Of a DNA stretch of 40,135 nt, positions 1 through 8,878 are shown in pieces. The notes beneath the pieces are model-generated. The model ran no database searches, was not told the origin of the DNA, and worked only from the letters and a program-made list of their open reading frames with translations. How positions within the stretch are numbered: the first letter of the stretch is position 1; each line of letters starts with the position of its first letter. The DNA is from a virus (Duplodnaviria; Heunggongvirae; Uroviricota; Caudoviricetes). The position numbers and the translations under genes were made by a program. The stretch lies in IMG/VR virus record IMGVR_UViG_2547132278_000018, one strand, 5' to 3'.

Positions 1-353
<353 letters not shown>

Positions 354-442
354 TCTATCGCTGATACCCACTATTAGTATCGAGTTGACCGACTGATATG
401 AGAGTTTTTTGTTCATTGAACGCCATCAGAGCGAGTATTACG

Positions 443-1765
443 TTATCTGCCGCCAAACTTAACCTGAACAACATTATCCGTCACCTCATGGCTGGCAGAC
501 TGCGCTACATACCGCTCCACAAAATCCCCCCAGCTCAAAAACAAACTACGCAATTTTTCCGCCTGCTGCCCGACCTGATAGGTTCTGATCAGGCGGTCTT
601 TAGGAATGTGGTTTAACAATCGCTCAATCAGGCGCTCCGGGGCATCCAGATATTCAGCGCAACCAGTAGCGACACTGCGGCGTAAATCATGGGGAGAAAA
701 TGGCTCCAGCTCTGCCAGATATTTTTTACGCAGGCGCTCCAGTGCTCGTGTGACAGCGTCTCCGGTTATAGGGAATCCCTGGTTGCTGGTGGACTCAAAG
801 ACAAATGCGCCTTCGGAGATAATTCGCTGTTTCTTCAGGATAGACAGTGCCAGCGGATGCAGTGTTACTACATGACTTTTACCATTCTTTGTTTCCGGTA
901 TTGTCCAGCGATCGCCGTTGATTTGATCCCAGCGCATTTTAACCGCTTCAGAGCGGCGAACGCCGGTCAGAATAATCAGCTTCAGTGTGTTAGCTATCGC
1001 ATGGGATAAAACGACACTGGAAGCGATACCTTTTCCACCGGTGCTAACTGAACCGCCACCAGCAGTAGCTTCTTCTAGTGTTTTCCAGAGCCGTTGAAGC
1101 TCATCCTGCGATAACCAGCGCTCACGCGGTTTAGCCATGGAAGCACCAAACATCGCCGGTTTTAACAGACGGGCAGGGTTGAGCTCGATTAATCCCTGAA
1201 GTGTGGCATGGTCAAGTGTCATATTCAGGATGATAAGCCCTTTGCGCACACCTTCAGCGCTGGATTGTCGGACTTTGCTCAGGTGTGCAAACAAATATGA
1301 ACGCGATAAATCGCACACTCTCACGGAGCCTAGCCCCTGCTCAAGATGGCGACGATACGTTCCCTTATAATCAGCCAGTGTACGAGCCCCTATTGGCTTG
1401 CTGGTTTCTCTGAATGACAACCAGTTTTCCCACAATTCAGAAAATATGGGCATCTGCTCATTATTCGATTTTTCAGTTTTACGAACGTATCTGGGGTCAA
1501 TTCCCTGCTTCACTAACTCAATGGCTTCAGCATGTGCTTCACGAGCCTGGGCCAGCGTCATTGCAGGATAAGCTCCCAGGGTAATTTTTATCTGCTTGCC
1601 GTTGAGGTAGGGACGGTAGAGCCAACTCTTTGTTTGGCTCCCTGATCGGGATTCGATATACAACCCCGCACCTGCTTTTGATTTGACGCTGACGACAATC
1701 CGGTTTTTTCCTACAGGGGGAACAAGGCTTGCTATCTGTCGATCCTGAGTTATCACTGTTGCCAT
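443..1765 (-). CDS. Tyrosine recombinase/integrase, P4/CP4-type with N-terminal arm-binding domain
   Basis: 440-aa ORF; C-terminal catalytic region with HDLRRS and conserved R/H/Y context; family assignment from recall. Confidence 0.8.
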   Translation of the reverse strand: MATVITQDRQIASLVPPVGKNRIVVSVKSKAGAGLYIESRSGSQTKSWLYRPYLNGKQIKITLGAYPAMTLAQAREAHAEAIELVKQGIDPRYVRKTEKSNNEQMPIFSELWENWLSFRETSKPIGARTLADYKGTYRRHLEQGLGSVRVCDLSRSYLFAHLSKVRQSSAEGVRKGLIILNMTLDHATLQGLIELNPARLLKPAMFGASMAKPRERWLSQDELQRLWKTLEEATAGGGSVSTGGKGIASSVVLSHAIANTLKLIILTGVRRSEAVKMRWDQINGDRWTIPETKNGKSHVVTLHPLALSILKKQRIISEGAFVFESTSNQGFPITGDAVTRALERLRKKYLAELEPFSPHDLRRSVATGCAEYLDAPERLIERLLNHIPKDRLIRTYQVGQQAEKLRSLFLSWGDFVERYVAQSASHEVTDNVVQVKFGGR

Positions 1766-1929
1766 TTTTTCTCATCCCGCGTACTTTTTGGCGTACTTGT
1801 TTAGCATTGTATAAGGCGAAATGGCATGAAACAACGTGAAAGGTGTTTTTGTCTTAATTTATTGATATATATTGTTTTTATGTGATGAAATGGAAGTCGA
1901 TGAAACATTGTGGAAAGTGATATTTTTGG

Positions 1930-1975
1930 ATTCGTAATGCGAAGGTCGTAGGTTCGACTCCTATTATCGGCACCA
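1930..1975 (+). other. tRNA-Thr (thrW) 3' fragment, 46 nt, ending CCA - phage att core, not an intact tRNA
   Basis: ATTCGTAATGCGAAGGTCGTAGGTTCGACTCCTATTATCGGCACCA matches the anticodon-loop-to-CCA portion of E. coli thrW from memory; upstream 30 nt do not match the tRNA 5' half. Confidence 0.8.
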
Positions 1976-1989
1976 TTTAAATCAATAAG

Positions 1990-3153
1990 TTACACATCAT
2001 TAGTACCTTCCTTATTTTTTGACTGGGACAAATTTGGGACCGATGGGTTCAGGATCGAGTCTATTTGCCGTGCGTGTTCGGTAAGGTGATTAGGTGCAAG
2101 GTGAGCATATCGACGAACCATTTCGATAGACTCCCAACCTCCCATTTCCTGTAACACTGACAACGGGACTCCGGCTTGAACCAGCCAACTTGCCCAGGTG
2201 TGTCTCAAGTCGTGAAATCTGAAATCATCAATATCAGCCCGTCTCAGCGCCGCTTTCCAGGCTGTGTTTGCGTCATACCGCATCTTCCTTACTGTTGGCG
2301 CTTTCGTTCCGTCTGGTTTGGTACAGCTTTCCTTGTACACAAATACCCAACGGTGATGATTCCCGATTTGTTTTTTCAATACGCGACATGCAGTATCATT
2401 CAGCGCAACGCCAATTGCGCGGTTTGATTTACTCTCTTCCGGGTTTATCCATGCCACCCGGCGCTGCATATCTATTTGTTGCCATTCAAGGTTGATGATG
2501 TTCGAGCGTCTTAAGCCTGTTGCCAGTGCAAATTCAACAACAGACTTTAATGGCTCCGGACATTCATCAATCAGCCTTTGTGCTTCATGGGGCTCCAGCC
2601 AGCGGATCCGTTTATTCTTTGGTTGAGGCACTTTAATAATTGGTGCCTTATCCAGCATTTTCCATTCACGCTCTGCGGCTCTTAGTAGGGCCTTTATAAA
2701 TGAAAGATGCGTAGCCTTCGTTGCAACGGACGCTGGTTTTGGCGTGTATTCTGGAACAGGTTTCCCTTTTTTTCTGCATGCTTCTGCCCTGAGTTTCCAG
2801 TTTTCCTCATGACGCCGGTTTGTCATTTTCTGCATTGCTGAATAAATTTTTGATTCAGTAATGTCTCTTAGTTGCATTCCTGCGAAATGTTGAAGCCAGA
2901 ATCCGATCCGGCTTTTGTCATCGTCCAGTGATTTTTTATGTGCTTTCTCTTCAAGCCACCTGACACACGCTTCCTCGAACGTTATATCAGGTATTTCACC
3001 AAGTTTGCTGACCCGCCATGCTTCAGCCTTTAGCTTGTCATGGAGTTCTGTCGCCTGCCTTTTGTCCTTTGTTCCAAGAGACTGTTTAAATCTTTTACCG
3101 TTCGGCAATGTGAAACTGGCGTACCATATTTCACCTCTGCGGAAGAGTGACAT
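1990..3153 (-). CDS. int: P22-type phage integrase
   Basis: 387 aa starting [31 protein letters not shown]...; closely resembles phage P22 Int as recalled; C-terminus abuts the thrW core. Confidence 0.93.
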   Translation of the reverse strand: MSLFRRGEIWYASFTLPNGKRFKQSLGTKDKRQATELHDKLKAEAWRVSKLGEIPDITFEEACVRWLEEKAHKKSLDDDKSRIGFWLQHFAGMQLRDITESKIYSAMQKMTNRRHEENWKLRAEACRKKGKPVPEYTPKPASVATKATHLSFIKALLRAAEREWKMLDKAPIIKVPQPKNKRIRWLEPHEAQRLIDECPEPLKSVVEFALATGLRRSNIINLEWQQIDMQRRVAWINPEESKSNRAIGVALNDTACRVLKKQIGNHHRWVFVYKESCTKPDGTKAPTVRKMRYDANTAWKAALRRADIDDFRFHDLRHTWASWLVQAGVPLSVLQEMGGWESIEMVRRYAHLAPNHLTEHARQIDSILNPSVPNLSQSKNKEGTNDV

Positions 3154-3380
3154 TTTCTTTCCTCTGTTATGCCATCACCCGCGCTCACCTGGACAGTATG
3201 CAGCGGAGACTGAAGAGCCGCAATGCAGGCTTGTCGTGTTGTGAGGTAAGGAGATTTATTCTTAGTGGGATCTTTGCGTGTTGCCTGAAGACGCCCCGTG
3301 CGTATCCAGTTAATGGCAGTCGGTCTGGATATCTTGAGAAAATGACAGGCCTCATCGAGTGTGAGGCTGTATGGCTCCAT
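3030..3380 (-). CDS. xis: Excisionase (P22 Xis-like)
   Basis: Start taken at internal Met [38 protein letters not shown] (116 aa); the track's upstream extension is probably not translated. 3' end overlaps int in another frame. Confidence 0.8.
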   Translation of the reverse strand: MEPYSLTLDEACHFLKISRPTAINWIRTGRLQATRKDPTKNKSPYLTTRQACIAALQSPLHTVQVSAGDGITEERKCHSSAEVKYGTPVSHCRTVKDLNSLLEQRTKGRRQNSMTS

Positions 3381-3685
3381 TATTTCACCTCTTGTTGTGA
3401 CATTGTTGAAAAATGGATACCTGCTCGTTGCTGCCAGACGATCCAACCGAGAGTCATATCCCATGCCATGTATTCGTTATCGCCGTTTTTTGCTCTCCGA
3501 CGATCTACTAAGTCACCGAAACGCTTTTCCATGAATAATTCATAAGCTTCGCGTTCATCTGGTTCTACTTCCAGAGATAGGAGTGCGATTTCATAAGTAC
3601 GGCGCTCAATATCGTCTCGCACGTCAAGGCTGCTGATACGCTCTTTAATTTCTTTAATCAGTTCTTTGTCGGTAAAAGTGGTCAT
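3380..3685 (-). CDS. Hypothetical early-left (ea-type) protein
   Basis: 101-aa acidic ORF, GGAGG about 10 nt upstream, start/stop overlap with neighbours (operon packing). Confidence 0.6.
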   Translation of the reverse strand: MTTFTDKELIKEIKERISSLDVRDDIERRTYEIALLSLEVEPDEREAYELFMEKRFGDLVDRRRAKNGDNEYMAWDMTLGWIVWQQRAGIHFSTMSQQEVK

Positions 3686-4047
3686 TATGCTCCAGCCTCC
3701 GGTGCTTTTGGCATTACTGCCCAGTGAGTGATATTGACGTTTTCAAGGTCCCCTACCTGAAATGTCCACTGCCATTCTCCGGTTTCTTTTTGTCCCCAGG
3801 TGTACCAGAGAGAACGCCAGCCAATTAGCCAGCCTTCTCCGTTAGCATCGAATAACAAAACACTTTCATTTGCTGGTGGCAGTTCAGTTGACACTGGTAT
3901 TACTTTGTTTTCCTGTGCTGCACATTTAGCTTCAAGCGCATCGAATTTACGCACCAGGTATTCAGCATCTGTTTCATTCACTTTCAGATCTCGCGGTACA
4001 CATCTCCCACGAAGAAACCCTTCCATTTCGAAAACATTCATGCGCAT
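3685..4047 (-). CDS. Hypothetical early-left protein
   Basis: 120-aa ORF with RBS; W-rich; tightly coupled to flanking genes. Confidence 0.6.
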   Translation of the reverse strand: MRMNVFEMEGFLRGRCVPRDLKVNETDAEYLVRKFDALEAKCAAQENKVIPVSTELPPANESVLLFDANGEGWLIGWRSLWYTWGQKETGEWQWTFQVGDLENVNITHWAVMPKAPEAGA

Positions 4048-4574
4048 TTGCGTAACTCCGATAACTCGTTAAAGCGTTCCATAAACATCCCGTAGGCATG
4101 GCCCGGTGCCAGTGGAATCACGTTGAACATCTCTGTTGCCGGGATACCTTCCAGTACAGGCCAGAAAGAGCCATCATCAAGCCCGAGATCGCGGCGTTCG
4201 GTTGCCAGCATGATGAGATCGGCATATTTCACGGGCGTACTCATAACTGGGGGTAACCTGTATTTCTCACGGATTACGGCGTCTATTTTTTCTTCCATTT
4301 GTTTATAGTCAGGAAGAAGGCGTTTCAGTGGTGCGGGAATGTCCTGACAATACGCTTCTGTTGCATCATGCATTAACGCTTCGAAAGCAAACTCCTGCGG
4401 TACCAGCTGGCTGCAAAGCACCGCATGTTGGGCGACGCTGTAGAAGTGTGAAAGATGCCCTGCAAAGCGACAGATATTTGAGAGGGAAACTGCGATATCG
4501 TTAATCACGATGTCGTCTTTATTTATCCTGTCATAATAAAAATGCTTCCCGGAAAAAGTTTTAATAAATGACAT
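4038..4574 (-). CDS. HD-domain phosphohydrolase (YfdR-like 5'-deoxynucleotidase)
   Basis: Start chosen at MSFIKTF with GGAGA RBS; H..H and HD motifs (SVAQHAVLCSQ, LMHDATEAY). Family from recall. Confidence 0.7.
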   Translation of the reverse strand: MSFIKTFSGKHFYYDRINKDDIVINDIAVSLSNICRFAGHLSHFYSVAQHAVLCSQLVPQEFAFEALMHDATEAYCQDIPAPLKRLLPDYKQMEEKIDAVIREKYRLPPVMSTPVKYADLIMLATERRDLGLDDGSFWPVLEGIPATEMFNVIPLAPGHAYGMFMERFNELSELRKCA

Positions 4575-4701
4575 TTTGTTCTCCACGTATATGCGCTGCA
4601 CCGCGCTGAATTCTGGTAAAAGGAAGCCCTCACCATCCGGTGATTATTGAGTTAATTACGTTTCCATAAATGCCCCCGCAGGGGCATTTGCAGTAATGAA
4701 A

Positions 4702-5526
4702 TCAGGCGGTGAAAGTACCAATAAAGGTTTCGACTTTGCTGTCTTTGAATTTCTCAACAAGCAGATCACGAAATTCGTTAGCCATTTCTTCCTGCACTGC
4801 TTCCAGCTGAATAATGCGCAGAACCAGTACAGGGCGATCACCAGTGATAATGCTGAGTCGTAATTTAAATGGACGTTCTTTCAGGCCTTCAAACGGAACG
4901 CATTTAAATTCAAATGCCACTGGCATAATGTCTTTGGTCTTCGCTTCGACAGACTCCATCAGGGAGCGTTTGCCGCTGAAGTCATTGTCTTCAAAATCAG
5001 CAGTCTGGTTCGCTTCAATTGTGATTTTACGGACTGCCGCAGCCGCTTTTGTTGCCTGAATGGCGTCACCATTAGCATCAAAGCCCACAAGGTAGTCGGC
5101 CCAGTCTTCAATCCATTCTGCCAGTGACTTCTGGGAGTTACGCTCGCCGTTAACAGACAACAGAGCAGAGAACGGTGCTGTCTTTTTCAGTTTGAGAGTG
5201 GCGGTGTTATCTGCGTGACCTGGTTCATCAATAGTACCCAGGTTAAGCACACTGACGGCACGTATATTATCAGCATCGATAAAGCAGCGGGTGCCTTCAT
5301 CTGCAAGATCTTTAGAATAACGGGTAAAGTCATCGATGCTGGCAGTGGAAAGCGCACCACGGAAACGGAAGCGATTTAAATTAAATTTTTCCAGATCATG
5401 AATGCGGAAATTCTCAGGCAATGCCACAGCATCGGCACCAATCTTACTGATAATTTCATTAACACCCTGAGCAGAAATAAGGGCATGGATTTGATTAATT
5501 GCGGTTGCGTCTAAGTTCTGAGACAT
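4702..5526 (-). CDS. YfdQ-like (DUF2303) prophage protein
   Basis: 274 aa, [17 protein letters not shown]...; GAGGAC RBS; recalled as the CPS-53 YfdQ family. Confidence 0.65.
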   Translation of the reverse strand: MSQNLDATAINQIHALISAQGVNEIISKIGADAVALPENFRIHDLEKFNLNRFRFRGALSTASIDDFTRYSKDLADEGTRCFIDADNIRAVSVLNLGTIDEPGHADNTATLKLKKTAPFSALLSVNGERNSQKSLAEWIEDWADYLVGFDANGDAIQATKAAAAVRKITIEANQTADFEDNDFSGKRSLMESVEAKTKDIMPVAFEFKCVPFEGLKERPFKLRLSIITGDRPVLVLRIIQLEAVQEEMANEFRDLLVEKFKDSKVETFIGTFTA

Positions 5527-5591
5527 AATAAGTCCTCACTATATAAAGATATTCAGTGATGAGATAAATAATCAGTTAATTAAAAACGATA

Positions 5592-5954
5592 TTAACGACC
5601 TGCTGCGCGGAGTTTTCCGTCAGGTTTACCGGCAAGAGTCAGTAACTGTCCCTGGTCTTCCTGCAGAATAGTCAGGCGACCACCGCGATTGACATACATC
5701 GGCGTTTCGGTGGTGTCTTCTTCGGAAATTTTCCCGCGGTTAGTCGGGCGAACATATGAGAGTTTGTGTTTGATTTTCACACGGTTCTCATCAAATGGTT
5801 CGATTTCCAGGTTGAGTGAGACCTTACCTTTGGTTTTCGTGTTCATCACACCGGAAGCGACTTCACTGAGAACTGCGCCGATTTTGGTTTCAAATACGCC
5901 GCCGTCCAGCTCCCCGATAAATGCCTGCACATCAGTACTGCGTTCGCTAGCCAT
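5592..5954 (-). CDS. YfdP-like prophage protein
   Basis: Start taken at MASERSTDV (GAGGAG RBS 9 nt upstream); the longer track ORF (to 6272) has an Arg-rich non-protein-like extension. Confidence 0.6.
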   Translation of the reverse strand: MASERSTDVQAFIGELDGGVFETKIGAVLSEVASGVMNTKTKGKVSLNLEIEPFDENRVKIKHKLSYVRPTNRGKISEEDTTETPMYVNRGGRLTILQEDQGQLLTLAGKPDGKLRAAGR

Positions 5955-6002
5955 TTTGCTGCTCCTCATCATATCGACCCTGCAAGGACGATTAGTTTCT
6001 CC

Positions 6003-6091
6003 ACAAAACAGAGAAGAACACCTGCGGTGGCAGCCGCCCGGATGGATTGGGTTATGAGCCCGTCGTCCGGTGATGCTCTTCTCTGTTTTGT
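6003..6091. repeat. Perfect 15-bp inverted repeat (ACAAAACAGAGAAGA / TCTTCTCTGTTTTGT) enclosing 59 bp, in the leader of the early-left operon
   Basis: Read directly: arm 1 at 6003-6017, arm 2 at 6077-6091, exact reverse complements. Confidence 0.7.
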
Positions 6092-6392
6092 AAAAAGGAC
6101 GGTACCAGCCGGAAGCAAGGGTACAAACTGGTACCGCCAAGACTACATACAGCATAAAGTTGTGGTGCCGGGTGCCTCCCGGTGCCTGGCGAAGGTTGCA
6201 CACCAGACGGGTGGGTATCCACAGAAGGTCGACTGTCAGCCTCAACCTTAACCCGCGTGCGCTGAGCCGCATTCACCACAACGCTAAGGATTCTCTTTGG
6301 TTGAAAATACTTAGCTGTTATGTGCCTGTCTTTTCACCACTTCAGGCTCGGTGGTATCTTGGTGTTTTCATATAGCCAAGAAGGAAATAGTT

Positions 6393-6584
6393 ATGACCAA
6401 AGAAGAAAAAATTCTTTATTTATTCCAACTATCGGTTAAGACTCACACTGCATATCAGACTGCTGCCATGACATCAGATAAAAATTACAGTACGTCAGAA
6501 AACCCGATAGACGACATAAGCAAGCTTTACGATAAGTTCGAAGCACTACTCGATAAAAAGTTTGCTGAGGCTGGGCTTGAGTGA
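6393..6584 (+). CDS. Small hypothetical protein (63 aa), AT-rich
   Basis: ATG preceded by AAGGA at about 9 nt; MTKEEKILYLFQLSVKTHTAYQ...; converges on and overlaps the 3' end of the 6546-6722 ORF. Confidence 0.35.
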   Translation: MTKEEKILYLFQLSVKTHTAYQTAAMTSDKNYSTSENPIDDISKLYDKFEALLDKKFAEAGLE

Positions 6585-6722
6585 TTGTTGAATAATCGAC
6601 AAAACCCAACTTAAATTTTCGTCAGTGGGCTCGATGCCATGTGCGGTGAGCTCACTTTTCAAAACTCCAAGTAATTCAGAGCTGATTTTCAATATATCTG
6701 CTTGATTTCTAACTATTCCCAC
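6546..6722 (-). CDS. Small hypothetical protein (58 aa from GTG; 68 aa if ATG at 6752), first gene downstream of putative pL
   Basis: GGGAGG then GTG 6 nt downstream; the longer form has an Arg-rich N-terminus (MTARRPREEK). Confidence 0.35.
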   Translation of the reverse strand: MGIVRNQADILKISSELLGVLKSELTAHGIEPTDENLSWVLSIIQQSLKPSLSKLFIE

Positions 6723-6924
6723 TTTTTCCTCCCTTGGTCTACGCGCGGTCATGTTTTACGCCCAAACGACTTCACAGTTATTGTTTAAAATCTGGACTTT
6801 CATTTCATACACCTGCTTTAACATGAGTGCCTGGTGGCACAACATGACTCAACGAATCATCCTGGACTTCATATGCCCCAGGCGGCTACTTCGTGGGCGT
6901 CCTGCCTGTTCGTTATCTTTGATA

Positions 6925-6960
6925 TAAAATCTAACTTAACTTAGTTATTATGGCAAGAGA
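6925..6960 (-). promoter_or_regulatory. Putative pL promoter with overlapping operator (OL)
   Basis: Minus strand: TTGCCA, 17-nt spacer, TAGATT; operator-like CTAACTTAACTTAG (6931-6944) and further CTTAG half-sites at 6971-6997. Confidence 0.4.
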
Positions 6961-7009
6961 AAACACCAAACTTTTCTTAGTTCGGTGCCTTAGTTAGAGA
7001 AGAGAGGTC

Positions 7010-7636
7010 TTAGAGTTCGTATTGAACTCCTTTGACTACACCAATGATAAGGCAATTACCATTGATAGGGATGTTGGGATACCGAGGATTTAATGGCACT
7101 AAAAACTTTTGAGGGCCATCGATGACTAATTTTTTTACTGTAGCTTCGTTTGTTCCATCAAGTCGAGCGATGACTATTTTTCCATGACGAGGTTCTGCAT
7201 CTGGATCTACAATCACTGTTGCGCCTTCTGGTATTGTTGGGAGGCCATTAGGGTTAGTCATGGAGTCACCTTTAACCTCTAATGCAAATGAGTTATCACC
7301 AATCTTTAATGATGTATCTACCCACTTGTCCACTTCACTAAACACTTCTGCTGCCCTGCACTCAGTAAACTGCCCAGCCTGAACCCACGATATTACAGGA
7401 ACTCTGCGCATGTTTGTGACGAGTTTGCCTTCAAACTCAGCACCATAAAGAATGTAATCTATTGACGTATTGAAGAACTTCGCTAATTTCGAAAGCGCCT
7501 CCCCACCAGGGGTATTGATGTCTTTCTCCCAGTACCCCACAGCAACGTCGCTTACTCCACAAAATTTACCCAATTCTTTCTGGGACGTTCCGGTAACTCT
7601 TCTCAGAGCTTTTATACGCTGACCAACCGTTTCCAT
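7010..7636 (-). CDS. CI-type phage repressor (HTH plus S24 LexA-like peptidase domain)
   Basis: 208 aa; N-terminal HTH (QKELGKFCGVSDVAVGYWE), C-terminal autocleavage-type domain (GDSM...K); divergent from the cro-like gene. Confidence 0.9.
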   Translation of the reverse strand: METVGQRIKALRRVTGTSQKELGKFCGVSDVAVGYWEKDINTPGGEALSKLAKFFNTSIDYILYGAEFEGKLVTNMRRVPVISWVQAGQFTECRAAEVFSEVDKWVDTSLKIGDNSFALEVKGDSMTNPNGLPTIPEGATVIVDPDAEPRHGKIVIARLDGTNEATVKKLVIDGPQKFLVPLNPRYPNIPINGNCLIIGVVKGVQYEL

Positions 7637-7658
7637 AGGAGCACCATTTCTTGAATTG

Positions 7659-7721
7659 CTAAGTAATCTTAGTTTTTATTGACCAAAGATAGATTTGTAA
7701 TTAGCATCTAATAAAACTTAG
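7659..7721 (+). promoter_or_regulatory. Putative pR promoter and OR operators
   Basis: TTGACC (7679-7684), 17 nt, TAGCAT (7702-7707); flanking palindromic sites CTAAGTAATCTTAG (7659-7672) and CTAATAAAACTTAG (7708-7721); GGAGGG RBS before cro ATG at 7734. Confidence 0.5.
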
Positions 7722-7733
7722 TTTGGAGGGCGT

Positions 7734-7934
7734 ATGACAACTGACGATATCGAAAGCTACTTCGGCAGTATTGAGAAAGTTGCTGCTTTTTTCGGCATAA
7801 CAACTGAAGCCGTTTATCAGTGGCGAAACCGTCCGGGCCAGTTAATTCCAAAAGGACGTGCAGCAGAAGCTGCATATAGAACTTGCGGACGGTTGCCATT
7901 TAAACCTGAGCTTTATGAAAAATCTAATGGATAA
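7734..7934 (+). CDS. Cro/YdaS-like small HTH regulator
   Basis: 66 aa; first gene of the rightward operon, divergent from cI. Confidence 0.75.
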   Translation: MTTDDIESYFGSIEKVAAFFGITTEAVYQWRNRPGQLIPKGRAAEAAYRTCGRLPFKPELYEKSNG

Positions 7935-8523
7935 ATCGATTAACAGAAACCACAGAACGATGAGGCTAACCGTGGGTAAGCATCACTGGAAAGTAGAAAA
8001 ACAGCCTGAGTGGTACGTGAAAGCTGTCAGAAAAACTATCGCAGCGTTGCCGGGTGGTTACGCTGAAGCAGCTGACTGGCTGGATGTAACAGAAAACGCA
8101 TTATTTAACCGCCTTCGTGCCGATGGCGATCAGATTTTCCCGCTGGGATGGGCAATGATTTTGCAACGTGCTGGTGGAACTCACTTCATTGCTGACGCTG
8201 TGGCGCAGTCTGCAAATGGCGTCTTTGTGTCTCTTCCTGACGTCGAGGATGTGGACAACGCCGATATTAACCAGCGCCTGCTGGAAGTCATTGAACAGAT
8301 TGGCAGTTATTCCAGACAGATTCGTTCGGCAATCGAAGACGGTGTGGTGGAACCGCATGAGAAGACAGCAATTAACGACGAGCTGTATCTCTCAATTTCG
8401 AAGCTGCAGGAGCATGCAGCACTGGTCTACAAAATCTTTTGCATTTCAGAAAGTAATGACGCCCGCGAGTGTGCAGCTCCGGGCGCCGTGGCGTGTCGTG
8501 ACTGTGGAGAAACTAACGCATGA
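7915..8523 (+). CDS. YdaT-like / CII-position regulatory protein
   Basis: About 200 aa from [13 protein letters not shown]; overlaps the cro stop; family from recall of rac ydaS-ydaT. Confidence 0.6.
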   Translation: MKNLMDKSINRNHRTMRLTVGKHHWKVEKQPEWYVKAVRKTIAALPGGYAEAADWLDVTENALFNRLRADGDQIFPLGWAMILQRAGGTHFIADAVAQSANGVFVSLPDVEDVDNADINQRLLEVIEQIGSYSRQIRSAIEDGVVEPHEKTAINDELYLSISKLQEHAALVYKIFCISESNDARECAAPGAVACRDCGETNA

Positions 8524-8698
8524 ACAGTTTAACAACACACTACCGTCGCTCGCAACTGATTGCGCTTCCTGTACCGGGTGGAAAAGCGAAGGTGGAGTAT
8601 TGCTATGCAGTTAATGTACCAGGTGACAGGGAAATTGTAACCCACAGCTTTGCAGAGTGGGCTGTGGGTGATTTCAACCGGCAGAAGGAGACAGTCCT

Positions 8699-8878
8699 TT
8701 GCGACAAGTTAACCGCTGGTTCAAAGATCACTACGGAGTGCCCGTCAGAGTCATTCGTTGGGAGCCGGAAACACAACGGGTTATCTACCTCCGCGAAGGT
8801 TATGAGCATGAATGCTTCAGTCCGCTCGAACAGTTTCGTCGTAAATTCAGGGAAATAGAGGTCGGTCATGAGCACTAA
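8699..8878 (+). CDS. Small protein (59 aa), TTG start, not in ORF track; possibly the 3' part of a frameshifted gene starting at 8520
   Basis: AAGGAG (8685-8690), 8 nt, TTG; translation [59 protein letters not shown]; stop overlaps the start of the replication gene. Confidence 0.35.
   Translation: MRQVNRWFKDHYGVPVRVIRWEPETQRVIYLREGYEHECFSPLEQFRRKFREIEVGHEH

Noticed and set aside
1930-1975. Intact tRNA-Thr gene
   Set aside because: Only the 3' 46 nt match; the 5' half including the acceptor and D arms is absent.
3030-3464. 144-aa extended form of the xis ORF
   Set aside because: The N-terminal extension overlaps the upstream gene and looks unlike known Xis; the internal Met gives a 116-aa product.
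5592-6272. 226-aa track ORF extending the YfdP-like gene upstream
   Set aside because: The upstream 100 codons are Arg/Cys-rich and non-protein-like, cover the inverted-repeat leader, and the internal ATG at 5954 has a proper GAGGAG RBS.
6027-6279. ORFs 6027-6251 (+) and 6052-6279 (-) in the early-left leader
   Set aside because: No RBS, low-complexity translations, overlap the structured inverted-repeat region; more likely non-coding.
7708-7899. 63-aa minus-strand ORF overlapping cro
   Set aside because: Antisense to a well-supported cro-like gene, Arg/Leu-rich, no RBS.
8520-8858. 112-aa ORF as a single intact gene
   Set aside because: The C-terminal half is Ser/Thr/Asn-rich and implausible while an alternative frame gives a protein-like product; kept as a finding rather than a confident feature.
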